Below, piece by piece: positions 1 to 10,971 of a DNA stretch of 64,000 bases. A program made the translations under genes and the position numbers. A model generated the notes under the pieces. That model was not told where the DNA came from. It made no database searches and worked only from the letters and a program-made list of their open reading frames with translations. How positions within the stretch are numbered: position 1 is the first letter of the stretch; each line of letters begins with the position of its first letter. This DNA comes from an uncultured Nitrososphaeraceae archaeon (lineage in GTDB: Archaea > Thermoproteota > Nitrososphaeria > Nitrososphaerales > Nitrososphaeraceae), in contig CAWGVG010000026.1 of NCBI GenBank assembly GCA_963825865.1, positions 192,001 to 256,000 on the forward strand, in the 5' to 3' direction.

Positions 1-477
1 AATATCAACTATGCTAGAATGGTGTCAATCCTTTAGGTATTTTATATCATTCGATATAGTGTGATCTTTCTATAATTAACTAAAATGGAGTCATCGCCTG
101 CTCTCTTAAATATTCCCAGTCAATTGTTGTTGGTAAATATTTATCCTAAAACCAAATCTTGAAGAAGAGGAAATGTCCTACTAAACTGCTCTTTTGCTGC
201 ACTTTTAGAAACCAAAATGGAAAAGGCGATTCATTGGGTCAGAATACAAAATGCTAAAAAGTCAGTCATGGCATAGAAAGATGTATTAAGTTTTGATTAT
301 CCCATAGATCAAATATTTGCTGCTATGTTCATTATGAAATTAGATCGCAAATAAGCCTTAAGTAGAACACCTAGTTTGAATAGAACACTTATAACAGTTG
401 AAAATATGTTATAGCTTTCACATTATTCTGAAGTGCTTATATTTGATCAAGTATCATATAGCAGCACTAGTGAATGA

Positions 478-636
478 CTGATACTGATAATAACTGGGAT
501 TTGTGCAGTTTGTGGTAAGTTCCAAAAACACGAAAAATTCAAACGATCAGATAAAAGAGATAATGCTGCGTGGAACTTTGTTCTATGTGATGCCTGTAAA
601 AAGAGAGGAGAAAATATGCCAAAAATCAGACCGTGA
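478..636 (+). CDS. putative zinc-binding micro-protein (CxxC-x24-CxxC), start uncertain
   Basis: Manual translation from 502: CAVCGKFQKHEKFKRSDKRDNAAWNFVLCDACKKRGENMPKIRP*. Nearest ATG (474) is out of frame. Confidence 0.35.
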   Translation: MILIITGICAVCGKFQKHEKFKRSDKRDNAAWNFVLCDACKKRGENMPKIRP

Positions 637-810
637 TGGCGACGATGATAATATTTGTTGGTTTTTTCATAATAGAGGCCAAATACATAGACAAACATTT
701 TCGAGATCAAGTCACAAAGCAGTCGTATGCAGGTGTAAAAGATGTTACTTACATTGTAGCACTATTATCCATTCATATTATAATTTGGTCATGCCACTAA
801 ACACGTTTTA

Positions 811-986
811 ATGGTTACAAGTCCTGCTGGAAATGGATTAACATTTATTTCTACAAAGACAAATCAAATATTGAACAGGTGCAGGCTCCTTGGGGATTGG
901 ATATTGATAGCAATGAGAAATTAGCATATGTTGCTAACAGAGGAAATGATTACGTTACTGTTGTCGACATTCCAACACAAATATGA
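811..986 (+). pseudogene. YVTN/YncE-type beta-propeller remnant
   Basis: Two frames give VTSPAGNGLTFISTKTNQI and APWGLDIDSNEKLAYVANRGNDYVTVVDIPTQ, typical YVTN blades. Confidence 0.55.
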
Positions 987-1146
987 AGGATAATCATAAT
1001 ACCATAACCCCTTATTCTTATAATGCAAAGGGTAGAAAAATGGTAGAAGAACTAAACCCGCAACTTCTGATAAAAAAGGAAATATAAAAATCATGATAAT
1101 GTTCTAACATAAGTATGATGATGACAATGGAGTTATTGAAACTTGT

Positions 1147-2602
1147 TCATGAATGATTCTTTATCCATTGCCCTACTTTGGGCCAGAGTTCTTTGTGGGC
1201 ATTTTTTCCTATCATCAGGCCGACATGCCCTGAGTTATATTCAATGAGGCTCTTGTCATGGCTTTCTGTCAATGCATTATTAAGAGCCTTACTAGAGCGG
1301 GTGCCACTAAATCATCCTTCTTGGCCACAATATTGAGGAATGGCATATTGATATTCTTCAATTAATCAATTGCCATATCATATTCGATTATTGTTATTAT
1401 AGTCTGTCTCTTCTATTCTCATTTTACTTTTGATAAGTAAATTTTGTTTATAGCAATACTCTACGAATTCTCTGTATATTTCACCTATTATCGGAGGACT
1501 ATCATATAGCCATGTCTCTGTTGCAAAGAATTCTGCTATTGACTCTAAACTACGAGGCTGTTCAAAGAAGTGGAAATATTTATGACTATATTCAATAGGG
1601 TTTCTAAGGATAAATGCGGCATTTAACACTATCCCAGGCAGATTTCCAAATGTATCCAGAAGATAATTTTCCTTCATGGATTTAGTCCAAACAGCAAGTA
1701 AAGAATTATCAAGATCAAAATCTCCTGGTGTAGCAATAGTGATCAGATTCTTTACTTTTTCAGGATGAAGAGCAGAATAGATAAGTGCAAGATCACCACC
1801 CCAGCAATAACCAAACAAAGATACTTTATCTAGATTTCGTAATCTTTCTTATAAAATCAACAGACTTGTCCATGTATTTATTAACAAAATGACCTATCGT
1901 CAGACTCTTATCATATGCAGATGGCGTTCCCCAATCTGTTGCAAAAATATCAAGCCCAGATTAATAAATTTCCCATAACACTCACTTCGGGTAAGAGATC
2001 TAGAATATAATGTCTATTTATAAAAGCGTAGATTACAAGTATTGGAGTAGTATTCTTTTGACTTGTCGAGCTAACTTCTTTTTCAGTAAAGTAGGGTTGT
2101 AGGTTAGTAGGTGCCTATTATAACGAAATAGTGAGTAATTCTCTATCTCACAAATCTTCTGCGAAGGAGTACGATATAACGTATCTCTAATTGGCTCTAC
2201 AAAATCATTATTCCAAACTGAGGACCTATTGGATAAATGCTGATATATCTTCCCTAGACCGGTGCTTTTGGCTAATTCTGAATAGCTGGCAATAGTATCC
2301 GAAAGTGTGTTGACGAATCTTTCTTCCCTGAACTTTTCATCAAAGGTCCTACGAATTCTGCTTCTTAAGATTTTATCTAACTCAGATAGATCCTTCCAAG
2401 ACTTGTCGTATTCCGAAATTGTATTAAGATATATTGGATACGCATTCACAAAGGCATTAGACAATTCTATGTTAAATTGAGTTGAGCTTGATAATGCTCG
2501 TAAAAAAACATCAGACATATTTGTCATAAAAAATCCATCATATAAAGGAAAAATACTTTTGTTGTTATCGTATTTATCTGAAGTGAAATTGGATTTGGCC
2601 AT
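1147..2602 (-). CDS. phaC: class III polyhydroxyalkanoate synthase PhaC with long N-terminal extension (frameshifted)
   Basis: RTPS motif, PILVIYAFINRHYILDL, DWGTP, lipase box GYCWGG, catalytic Asp (KDDLV) and His (GHVGL), C-terminal LWPKVGQWI. Spread over several frames. Confidence 0.88.
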
Positions 2603-2798
2603 TATATGTTCTTCTAACTAAATCTTACCTGCCAATTACATATAAAGTTAAGAATAGAAAACTTTACATCTTTTCTTTGCTTCTTTTCTCTCAGAAGCAA
2701 GAAATAATTCTATGGCTGGTAAATACACAGCATTGCACTATATACATACTTTGTATATAGTGTCCTATTGCAGTACATACTTGGGGCGATACAAGAAA

Positions 2799-2999
2799 AT
2801 GTCTACTACTATAGGAATGCTGGTAGGAACGATATTTCTAGTGGTCCTGATGGGCAGTCTTGTTTTGATTCCTATGGCTGTATATGGCATTACTGTGGGA
2901 AGCCTACCGCCAGTAATCCCGGTACCGCCATTACCATTACCTGCACCATACCTAATCAAATACGTTCCACCATCACTCTATCAGGTAACAAGTCCATGA
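2799..2999 (+). CDS. small membrane protein with Pro-rich tail
   Basis: MSTTIGMLVGTIFLVVLMGSLVLIPMAVYG followed by LPPVIPVPPLPLPAP. Confidence 0.45.
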   Translation: MSTTIGMLVGTIFLVVLMGSLVLIPMAVYGITVGSLPPVIPVPPLPLPAPYLIKYVPPSLYQVTSP

Positions 3000-3277
3000 A
3001 GTGCTTTATTTTTTATTTTTACAAAAAACTTCAATTACATTACGCATTACATAGAATACCTTTTTTCTGGTAAATGCATAAACCTAACTTTCACAAATGG
3101 TTTTTTGTGTTGGTTTTTTTATGAGACAAGCGAATAGATCATTTTGATTCATGTCCTTATTCAATATTTGCTATATCTTCTGATTTATAAAGCGTCTATT
3201 GGTACTAAAAAGCAGCAAAATAATTTTAAACCATAACCTTTTTCTCTAATAAAGGAAGTGATAGAAACAATAAAACT

Positions 3278-3821
3278 TTGACATTTCTATATAAAAAAAT
3301 CCTTGTACCATATGATGGTTCTAAACCATCAGAAAATGCATTGCAACAAGCAATACAATTAGCTGAATCTTTCGTTTTCAAGTGGAACTACTACAGAAAA
3401 TATACAAATATTATTAATACACATAGTAGAGGAAATTCATATTCGTATTCCCAATCTCTACTTTGGGCTAAGAATACTTGCTGGCAAGTCTATGAAGAAA
3501 TTCTTCGAGGAAGTATATGAAGATATGAAAAATGAATCTTTGAAAATGCTTGATGATACGAAGAAACGAATTGAGTCAAGCATTCCTGTAAATAACAACA
3601 ACAAAAAAGATAGGACAATAGCATCTATATCTGTTAATCCCCAAGTAGTAATAGGAAATCCAGCTGAAGTTATTATAGATGTTGCCAATAATAAGGAAAA
3701 AGTAGATTTAATAATCATGGGAAGTACTAGTTTGAAAGGAATTTCCAAGGTAAGAGTTTTAGGAAGTGTTTCTCGTGCAGTATCTGAAAATGCAAATTGC
3801 CCAGTGATGCTTGTTCATTAA
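3278..3821 (+). CDS. universal stress protein (frameshifted)
   Basis: KKILVPYDGSKPSENALQQA at the N-terminus; GNPAEVII, DLIIMGS and LGSVSRAVSENANCPVMLVH at the C-terminus. Confidence 0.88.
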
Positions 3822-4629
3822 CTAAACAATATTTTCGTTTGTCCATCTTAGGTCCGTCCAAAGATTCTAAACTGATATATAGTAGTTGGTTATGTAGAAT
3901 TTCTTTTTGGTGTACAGGGACACTTATTCGTAGTTGGAGAATATATTTAAAAAAGCAAAAGAGTAATTTCTAATTATAAAAACAGTAGATCTGCACACAC
4001 ACCTTATGGCAAAATATGGAGAATTAAAAAGGAATTTTTAAACTATTGGTTTCTGACCATTATGAATTCCTCTAGTTCCGCTTTTATTTGCCCCCTGCTG
4101 CTGACACTATTATCTCTCGCTTCACGCAGTCTAGGCTGACTATATTATGTAAGGTTATAATTTGAAAAGCTATATGTTGCATAATAAATATCGCTTCTAT
4201 TTATTATGCCCCATGAAGTTAATATTATGTTAGATAAATCATAAATCTCGAATGACCTAAATCTGGATGTAGTTTAATAGTTAAATAAAAAGTAGATGTA
4301 TAAAGTAACCGAATTCAAATTTGTCTAAAATTAAAGCTAAAAATTGTTACTTATACGATGCATGGCACTGTGTGCTATCTACTAAAATATCCCTAAAGGT
4401 CATATTTTCTATCATATATAGCAGTAAAATCCACTTCGCAGATGATTCCTTTATTGTTTACAAGGTAACAGACAACAGCACATAGTACCTATCTAATCGA
4501 GAAGTGATGATAAAAATATTCAATTAAGAAAATAAAGCTAACCTGCAATTTAGGTTATCCTCCAAGTATATCGCCTAACAATCCACCTAATTCCTACGAC
4601 AATTACTACCTGAGAAGAAACGAAATTCA

Positions 4630-4818
4630 TTTATCAAAAATAATGATGCCTTATTTTATAGCCGAATTGCACAGTCAGGATTCGGGATATACATCTTATG
4701 AAAGGATAGAATTCAACGACTCTCTGAGATATGCAGATGTTGCACAAGATGTGGCTCATCTTTCTATGGACTTGGATTATCACAAAAGAGATGATCTTAT
4801 GAAACACTTCATTTGATG
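4630..4818 (+). pseudogene. remnant of COG2187 aminoglycoside-phosphotransferase-like protein (Rv2004c N-terminal-like)
   Basis: Manual translation: IKNNDALFYSRIAQ..IRDIH then ERIEFNDSLRYADVAQDVAHLSMDLDYH. Confidence 0.6.
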
Positions 4819-4906
4819 GTATATAAGTTAATTGCTACTAGGATGCAGTCTTAATGTCGCGATTGTTATATCTTTATCTACCTACATCTTACTGATAAGA
4901 AAAAAA

Positions 4907-5548
4907 TTACTCGCCGTGTTTCTCTGTCTGTAAATTACAAATGAATTCTCTAGAATCCATAACCAATCCATAATACTCCTTTACTTTACCCAGAGTCGAG
5001 TCGTATCTCTTTTTATTGATTGAGGCCGTAGAATCAGAAATCAGAATTACATCATACCCTCTGTTGAATGCGTCTCTTAAAGAGGATTCTACACTAATTG
5101 TTGTATCGATTCCACAGAAGATAAGTGTGTCTACCTTTATGCTCTTTAACCATACTTCTATCTCTGTATACTGAAATGCAGAATCTCTCCTCTTTATTAT
5201 TATGTGGTCTTTGTCGGTTGGCTTGATTTCATCAATGATATCCGCATCCCATGTGCCTCTAACGCAAATAGGCTTCTTCATTATCCTTTCTTCTCTGGAC
5301 TCTGGCAGAATTTTGTGGGCCTTTGTTAAAAGATCTATTCCAGACGGCTCGCGTACTGCCTGTGTATAAAAGATTGGAATTTCCGATCTCCTGCATATAT
5401 CAATGAGATGACAAACGCTACTGATCACTTGTCTGTAGTTTGAAATTTCAATTCCTAAGGCATCATAAGAACCACCCTTGCTAGCAAAACCATTTTGCAT
5501 GTCTATCACTACTAGGGCTGGAGTCACTTCGTAATTTTTTATCTTCAT
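4907..5548 (-). CDS. isochorismatase/cysteine hydrolase family protein (RutB-like)
   Basis: ALVVIDMQNGF, GTWDADII, KRRDSAF, GIDTTISVESSLRDAFNRGY. Confidence 0.85.
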   Translation of the reverse strand: MKIKNYEVTPALVVIDMQNGFASKGGSYDALGIEISNYRQVISSVCHLIDICRRSEIPIFYTQAVREPSGIDLLTKAHKILPESREERIMKKPICVRGTWDADIIDEIKPTDKDHIIIKRRDSAFQYTEIEVWLKSIKVDTLIFCGIDTTISVESSLRDAFNRGYDVILISDSTASINKKRYDSTLGKVKEYYGLVMDSREFICNLQTEKHGE

Positions 5549-5807
5549 ATTTTAGAATGCTGCCTCCATAACTTTCGGTAATAGGAATATATTGATTTAA
5601 TGGCATATGCCGCCAAGGTAGGCAACTTCCCTGCGAAATTTTACGTTAATATATATGCATCTTGAGCGACAGTCTAACGATAAATGATTCGAGTCACGCT
5701 ATTAAGAATTGAGACAATAATCAGAAGTGAAATACTAACTGGAATGCAGTGATTGGAATATAGTCTAATTATCTAAATACTAGCATATACATATTTACAA
5801 TAAAGGT

Positions 5808-5904
5808 ATGGAAAATACAACGACAAAGACGTCAACAGGCTCGCGTGTTCTCGTACCCCATGATGGATCAGAAATGTCTGACAAGGCATTGAATAAAGCT
5901 ATAG
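5808..5904 (+). pseudogene. 5' fragment of a universal stress protein
   Basis: MENTTTKTSTGSRVLVPHDGSEMSDKALNKAI, then abuts the opposite-strand USP. Confidence 0.65.
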
Positions 5905-5907
5905 CTC

Positions 5908-6350
5908 TCAACTCTTCGCATAATGAGTAATCTTATATGAAGTATTTCCCATGAGAAATTCATTGGAAGCTTTCAATCCCCTGCTACCAACTACTATTGT
6001 GTCTGCCTTCTGTTCATCTGCTAAACGTAATATCTCTTCTGCAACGTCATTTCCTCTTGACTCGATTACATCTACAGAGATAGATGCGCTGATTCTTTTG
6101 CTCTTGACTCGATTACATCTACAGAGATAGATGCCGCTGATTCTTTTGCTCTTGACTTGTATTTTTGCAACAACTCTAGATCGTTTTGTTCTAATTCTTT
6201 TAAGATTGAATGGCCAACACCGACGAATTCTTCAAGCACGTGTGCAATTAGTAATCCACATCCACATTTTTTAGCCATGTAAGATGCATATTTAAAAGCA
6301 TTTTCTGCGTGCCTAGAGCTATCAACAGCAACAAGAATTTTTGATATCAT
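5908..6350 (-). CDS. universal stress protein with internal duplication, last residues missing
   Basis: MISKILVAVDSSRHAENAF ... GNDVAEEILRLADEQKADTIVVGSRGLKASNEFLMGNTSYKITHYAKS*. Confidence 0.8.
6054..6157. repeat. tandem duplication (47 + 48 bp) bounded by CTCTTGACT
   Basis: Units 6054-6100 and 6101-6148, with a third CTCTTGACT at 6149-6157. Confidence 0.95.
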
Positions 6351-6506
6351 GTGGATGTCTTTATAATTTTGTATAACTCGCAGATATATGTGTGTACGTA
6401 ATCTATAAATATTATAAATTTTATTTGTGTTCCTTTCTTCCCATTCACATTCATATTTATACAACATGGTCAAACTAAATGTGCGGAAAGTTAAGCTGTG
6501 ATCACT

Positions 6507-7110
6507 TTACCATTGCCTCATATCTCCTTCAAGCAGACCACTACCAATGTGAATTCTATCAATATGTTTTGACATTTCAGCCTTGTCCTTAAACTGCGAT
6601 TGACAATAAGGACAAATTATTTTTGTTGCCTCTCTTTCAATTACACTAGTAGGCAATTCAACTTCAGCGAGGTCTACCTTGTCGCTTGGAACATTTCCTA
6701 CTATGGACATAAGGGTTACAATTCCTGTAATATCATTACTGCCTCCTGCTTTCTTTCTTACCACCAATCTCCTAATGTGTTTGCTTCTCATCAATAGTCA
6801 CTGCATCCTTGACAGATTTTTCTTCAGCAATTGTAATTAGTGGAGAACTCATTACGTTTTTCAATGTAACCTTAAAGGGGCCTTTATTTTCAGCAACGAC
6901 ACGATATAAGATGTCTCTTTCAGTTACAATTCCAATGGGCTCATTTGAATTTTTGCCAGTAGCAACAACCATAACGCTCAAAACATCTTTATCTTTCATT
7001 ACTTTTGCTGCATCACCAACAAGAGTATCTTCAGGTAGGGTTACATAGTCTTTTTCCGCAATACTTCCAATTTTTTGCGATAGATGGGAATTTGAATACA
7101 TATAATACAT
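6507..7110 (-). CDS. CBS-pair protein with C-terminal C2H2 zinc finger (frameshifted)
   Basis: GIVTERDILYRVV, VMSSPLITI, IRRLVV; C-terminal CPYCQSQFKDKAEMSKHIDRIH. Confidence 0.85.
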
Positions 7111-7305
7111 ACAATGGGATTATAATTTATTACTATCTGTGTTTAGATGGCAGATTTTTCGATATTTGTCTATGCTGCTGTGTAGTTACAAAAGAAGTAA
7201 GCTAGCTGACGCCAAACTCTAGAATCAGCAAGAATATGCTTGTATAGTTTGGCCTTGTATCCCAGTAATTTTTGATATTTCTATTCATTTAGCACACAAA
7301 GCAAT

Positions 7306-8646
7306 TTAATTTGTAAAGTATAACTGTGACAAATCCTGTCGCACCTTGCCCAGAATCTCTGTTACCTTGTCATTACTGGTTGTTTTTAAATGACTAGTAG
7401 TCGGAGTCATCGTCATCATCGCGTCTATGGTCTTTATCATCCCTTTGGCCAGGTCTTCTGCAGAGTAGGATCTACTCAATAAATTAAGATATGTCTGTCC
7501 AACATTTAAGATATCATTCTCAGTTAAACCAAGCTGTAAAAGTTTCGTTAGCATGTTACCTGTGAAGGGACTAGCCCCAAGAATCTTAAACATATTTTCT
7601 CGCTTCTCCTTGAGTATCTGAATCTGTAAGTTGAGCCTTTCCTTCTCGGATTCAAAGCCCAGTTTAGCATCGTATTGAGTTTCTATGTCATTGAAGAACT
7701 TGTCAACCGCCAGCCAGTGGTCTATCCCGTTTGAGTTCGTAATTTCTAGTATTGTTTGGAGCAACCTTCTCAGCTTCTTTGAGCCAAATCCGAGATTTTC
7801 CAGTTGGTTGTACACAGACAGGTTTTCTGAATGTAAATTGATTGCATGTCGAAGTGAATAGTCCTGCTGTATAAGTTTTGCAAAGTTCTTTTCCATTTCA
7901 CCTATTGAGATCTCCAACGCTCGTCGATTATGAGCTAGATATTGAATGCCATCAAATTCTGCAAGCACCTTTTCAGGTTCGTATCCATATTCTGCAATGC
8001 TTCTAACACTTTTTGCAAATTTCGGAACATCCCCAGTTATGGAAATTTTATGTTTGTCCAATTCTTGCTTTGCATCAAAATATGACTTCATCTCCTCATT
8101 GGCTTTTCTTTTTTGCTCCAAAGCCCAATCCCGACCTTTTTCGCATTCTGACTTCTGCTCTTCTAAGGTGGATATCTGATCCCTTAATTCTTGCAGTTTA
8201 TAGTCCAATTCTATTTTCTTGACTGTCTGCTGATTTATGTAAGCTTCAATTTCAGGTAGTGGAACTTGATCTGAAAATTTGACAAGGCCTTCAATACAAG
8301 TGACAATTTTACTTGGCGTGGCTCCTAGCCTCTCGCATTTTTTGTATATATCAGATATAAAATGCTCAGCAGTTTCTCCGTCTATACCCTGCTCACTCAA
8401 TATTTTCATAGTTCTAAAACCAATTGCACATTGAGCCGGAGAAAGACCAGCAATTTTGAGTGATTTTGCTAATTCTCTCAGCGCATCTGCTTCATATTTA
8501 CCAAGAGTATTTGTCCACTCGTTGATTATGTTACTCACCGCCCCCGTGCTTATGTTGTTGTCCCGTGCTATGGCATCTCGGCTAAGGCCTTGGAGCCATT
8601 GCATGATAACTCGTGATTTTATCGTTTCTGGAATTGCTGCAGGCAT
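7306..8646 (-). CDS. N-terminal HTH plus long coiled-coil hypothetical protein
   Basis: Intact 446-aa ORF. WLQGLSRDAIARDNNISTGAVSNII is HTH-like; the middle is rich in heptad-spaced E/K/L. Confidence 0.8.
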   Translation of the reverse strand: MPAAIPETIKSRVIMQWLQGLSRDAIARDNNISTGAVSNIINEWTNTLGKYEADALRELAKSLKIAGLSPAQCAIGFRTMKILSEQGIDGETAEHFISDIYKKCERLGATPSKIVTCIEGLVKFSDQVPLPEIEAYINQQTVKKIELDYKLQELRDQISTLEEQKSECEKGRDWALEQKRKANEEMKSYFDAKQELDKHKISITGDVPKFAKSVRSIAEYGYEPEKVLAEFDGIQYLAHNRRALEISIGEMEKNFAKLIQQDYSLRHAINLHSENLSVYNQLENLGFGSKKLRRLLQTILEITNSNGIDHWLAVDKFFNDIETQYDAKLGFESEKERLNLQIQILKEKRENMFKILGASPFTGNMLTKLLQLGLTENDILNVGQTYLNLLSRSYSAEDLAKGMIKTIDAMMTMTPTTSHLKTTSNDKVTEILGKVRQDLSQLYFTN

Positions 8647-8705
8647 ATTCGTATTCTACTTATATAAGAAATAGTGACATCAGTTTATATATTTATCATA
8701 TGCGC

Positions 8706-8782
8706 CTTCAAATAGCACGTCAAATGTGTCATTAGGCCGTCAAATAGCACGTCAAATACGCCGTCAGATCCGTCAAATAGCA
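8706..8782. repeat. array of CGTCAAAT(AGCA)-like direct repeats upstream of the HTH/coiled-coil gene
   Basis: TCAAAT-type cores at 8708, 8720, 8740, 8752, 8764 (TCAGAT) and 8773. Confidence 0.8.
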
Positions 8783-9433
8783 TATTTGAACTCAAAAGAC
8801 CGTGTAACGACGAGGTGTTACCTCAGCTAACAAATCCAAAATTGAACATAACGTAAAGTTATAACCTATACTTGAAAAGCATCTTAACCATAGCTCTGTA
8901 AAACTTTCCAGAATTGAACGGTATATAATGCCTTCTATACTTTATCTGCTATAGAATACTTGATCAAATATAATCAGTTTGCATCAGTTTGCGGAACTAA
9001 TTCAGTGGCATTACTACTACTCATCTTATTACATTAATGATGTAATTAACAATATAAAGTAACCAACCACCAATGCTCCGAACCAAGACTCACTCCAAGA
9101 GTATTTCTTAATATTACACTTTCAATCGCTGCCCAACCTTTGAATAATGTAATGTAATACCAACCTCATTCTGTTTCTACAGATGAATGTGGATAGATTG
9201 TATTTAATCATACGCTCATCGACTAAGAACACTGTCGACCTATTCAAAATGAGATATCAACTAAGAGTTGACAGAACCGTCTAAACTGAAGCCTCTGAGT
9301 AAGGTCGTAAGTAAAGATGCTGAATATTCTATTCTAAGCTCAACGTTAGTAGTTCACTATAAGAAAAAACAAAAAAAGGACATATGAAAATTTATAACGC
9401 TTCTAAATAGGATATTACAGTAAGAATAATAAC

Positions 9434-10054
9434 TTGGATGACCAATTTGAGAATAATAATATTACTTTAAAGGAGAACTCAGCATCTCCTAGAAAGACTC
9501 GAAGCATTACCTTTAGACTAGACTCTTCTGTAATAGATGAACTGCAACGCGAAGCAGACCAAAAGGAAATATCACTTAATGTTTTAGTGAATCAGACTCT
9601 AAAAAGGTATGCAGAATGGGATAGATATGAAAGCAGAATTGGCATGATGCCTGTGCCCAAGGTAATGTTATCTTCTTTAATTGACAAATCTGTCAAAATA
9701 GCCAATGATATCGAAATCAAAGATATAGAAACTTACAGGGACGAAATTATAAAATCTGCTGCTGAAATCGCATTTAGCATAATGAAAGATTCTGTATTAT
9801 TTATGAGGAAACAATACAATTTGTGGGCAGTTCTCTCAGTACTGGAACAATACATGAATGTATCAGGAATAAAATCTGACCATAGGATAGATGGTGGTGG
9901 AAGGAAACATGTATTCATAATACAGCATGAGCTTGGTGAGAATTGGTCATTATTTACAAAAGAACTGTTGAAGCTTATCTTCGAAAACCTTGCCAAAGTT
10001 AAAGTTGAAGTCAGTATAACCCCAAACACAACTGTGGCTGAAGTTATACTTTAG
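9434..10054 (+). CDS. ribbon-helix-helix domain protein
   Basis: TRSITFRLDSSVIDELQREADQKEISLNVLVNQTLKRY is an RHH signature. Intact ORF. Confidence 0.75.
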   Translation: MDDQFENNNITLKENSASPRKTRSITFRLDSSVIDELQREADQKEISLNVLVNQTLKRYAEWDRYESRIGMMPVPKVMLSSLIDKSVKIANDIEIKDIETYRDEIIKSAAEIAFSIMKDSVLFMRKQYNLWAVLSVLEQYMNVSGIKSDHRIDGGGRKHVFIIQHELGENWSLFTKELLKLIFENLAKVKVEVSITPNTTVAEVIL

Positions 10055-10227
10055 AGAACGAATCTAATTTTTCTGATGTCTATACACGTTTGTTTTTATC
10101 AATAACAAACTTAAGCAATACAGTGCAATCCTACATATTATTTACCACGATGAATCATATAACTTGGTATGACACTAATAGTTATACAGGTAGAGGATGA
10201 ATAATATAGTCCTATCTATATGAAGCA

Positions 10228-10824
10228 ATGCTTCCATCAGAAAGGATAGGGAGGGAGTCTATTGGGATTGATAACAAATCGATCAGACTTGACTTCTCTG
10301 TAATTGGTGTTGCAGATAATGATGATGGCGAAAATATAACAATATCAAATGTAGATGATAGTTTGCGATCATTGACTGGTTTGATGGTTGATAGAAACTC
10401 TACTTATTCAGTCGTAAAGGCTTTGGGTAACCTTCGAGGAATCATCACATATGGGGATATAATTGCATTACTGGCTGAACGTATCGAGGAAAGTATTCCA
10501 GTATACATCATTGGCTTGCCAGATGATCCGTTCGATGCAGAACTGGTTAAATCAAAATTTGCCAGCATTATCAGATTGCTAAGAAAAATATCTCCAGAAA
10601 TAGAAGAAGCCAGATGCCATATAAAAATAAGAGACATAGAAGTAGAAAGAAGAAGAAGATATGAAGTTGATGCGAACATAATTACATCTTACAGAAGGCA
10701 TACATATACCAATACAGGATGGGATCTGGCAACTATATTTGATCAGATGAGCGATAGCCTCAAGAACAATCTTGCACACAGGCCATCACAAAAACAAAGA
10801 GAATCTGTAAGGCATGCGCGGTAG
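10228..10824 (+). CDS. CBS plus HPF/RaiA-like ribosome hibernation protein (HibA-like), apparently 5'-truncated
   Basis: Partial CBS (LRGIITYGDII), then IPVYIIGLP and an HPF-like region ...RYEVDANII...GWDLATIFDQMSDSL. Confidence 0.6.
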   Translation: MLPSERIGRESIGIDNKSIRLDFSVIGVADNDDGENITISNVDDSLRSLTGLMVDRNSTYSVVKALGNLRGIITYGDIIALLAERIEESIPVYIIGLPDDPFDAELVKSKFASIIRLLRKISPEIEEARCHIKIRDIEVERRRRYEVDANIITSYRRHTYTNTGWDLATIFDQMSDSLKNNLAHRPSQKQRESVRHAR

Positions 10825-10971
10825 GACAAGAAAGTTAAATGAAGTCGTTAATACTATTGATGCTATTCAGCAGCAAGCAATAGTATACTTGCAAGTGTCG
10901 CATAATAACAACTATGAGTGTATTTGAAGTTGAATCAAAACAAGGAATAAGAAAATGTTGATAATAAAGAT

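Noticed and set aside
5570-5660. Riboswitch upstream of the cysteine hydrolase
   Set aside because: The patch is slightly GC-rich but does not match the guanidine or fluoride riboswitch consensus I can recognise.
8706-8782. Repeat array as a mini-CRISPR
   Set aside because: The units are 8-12 bp with no spacer-length gaps, and no cas genes are present.
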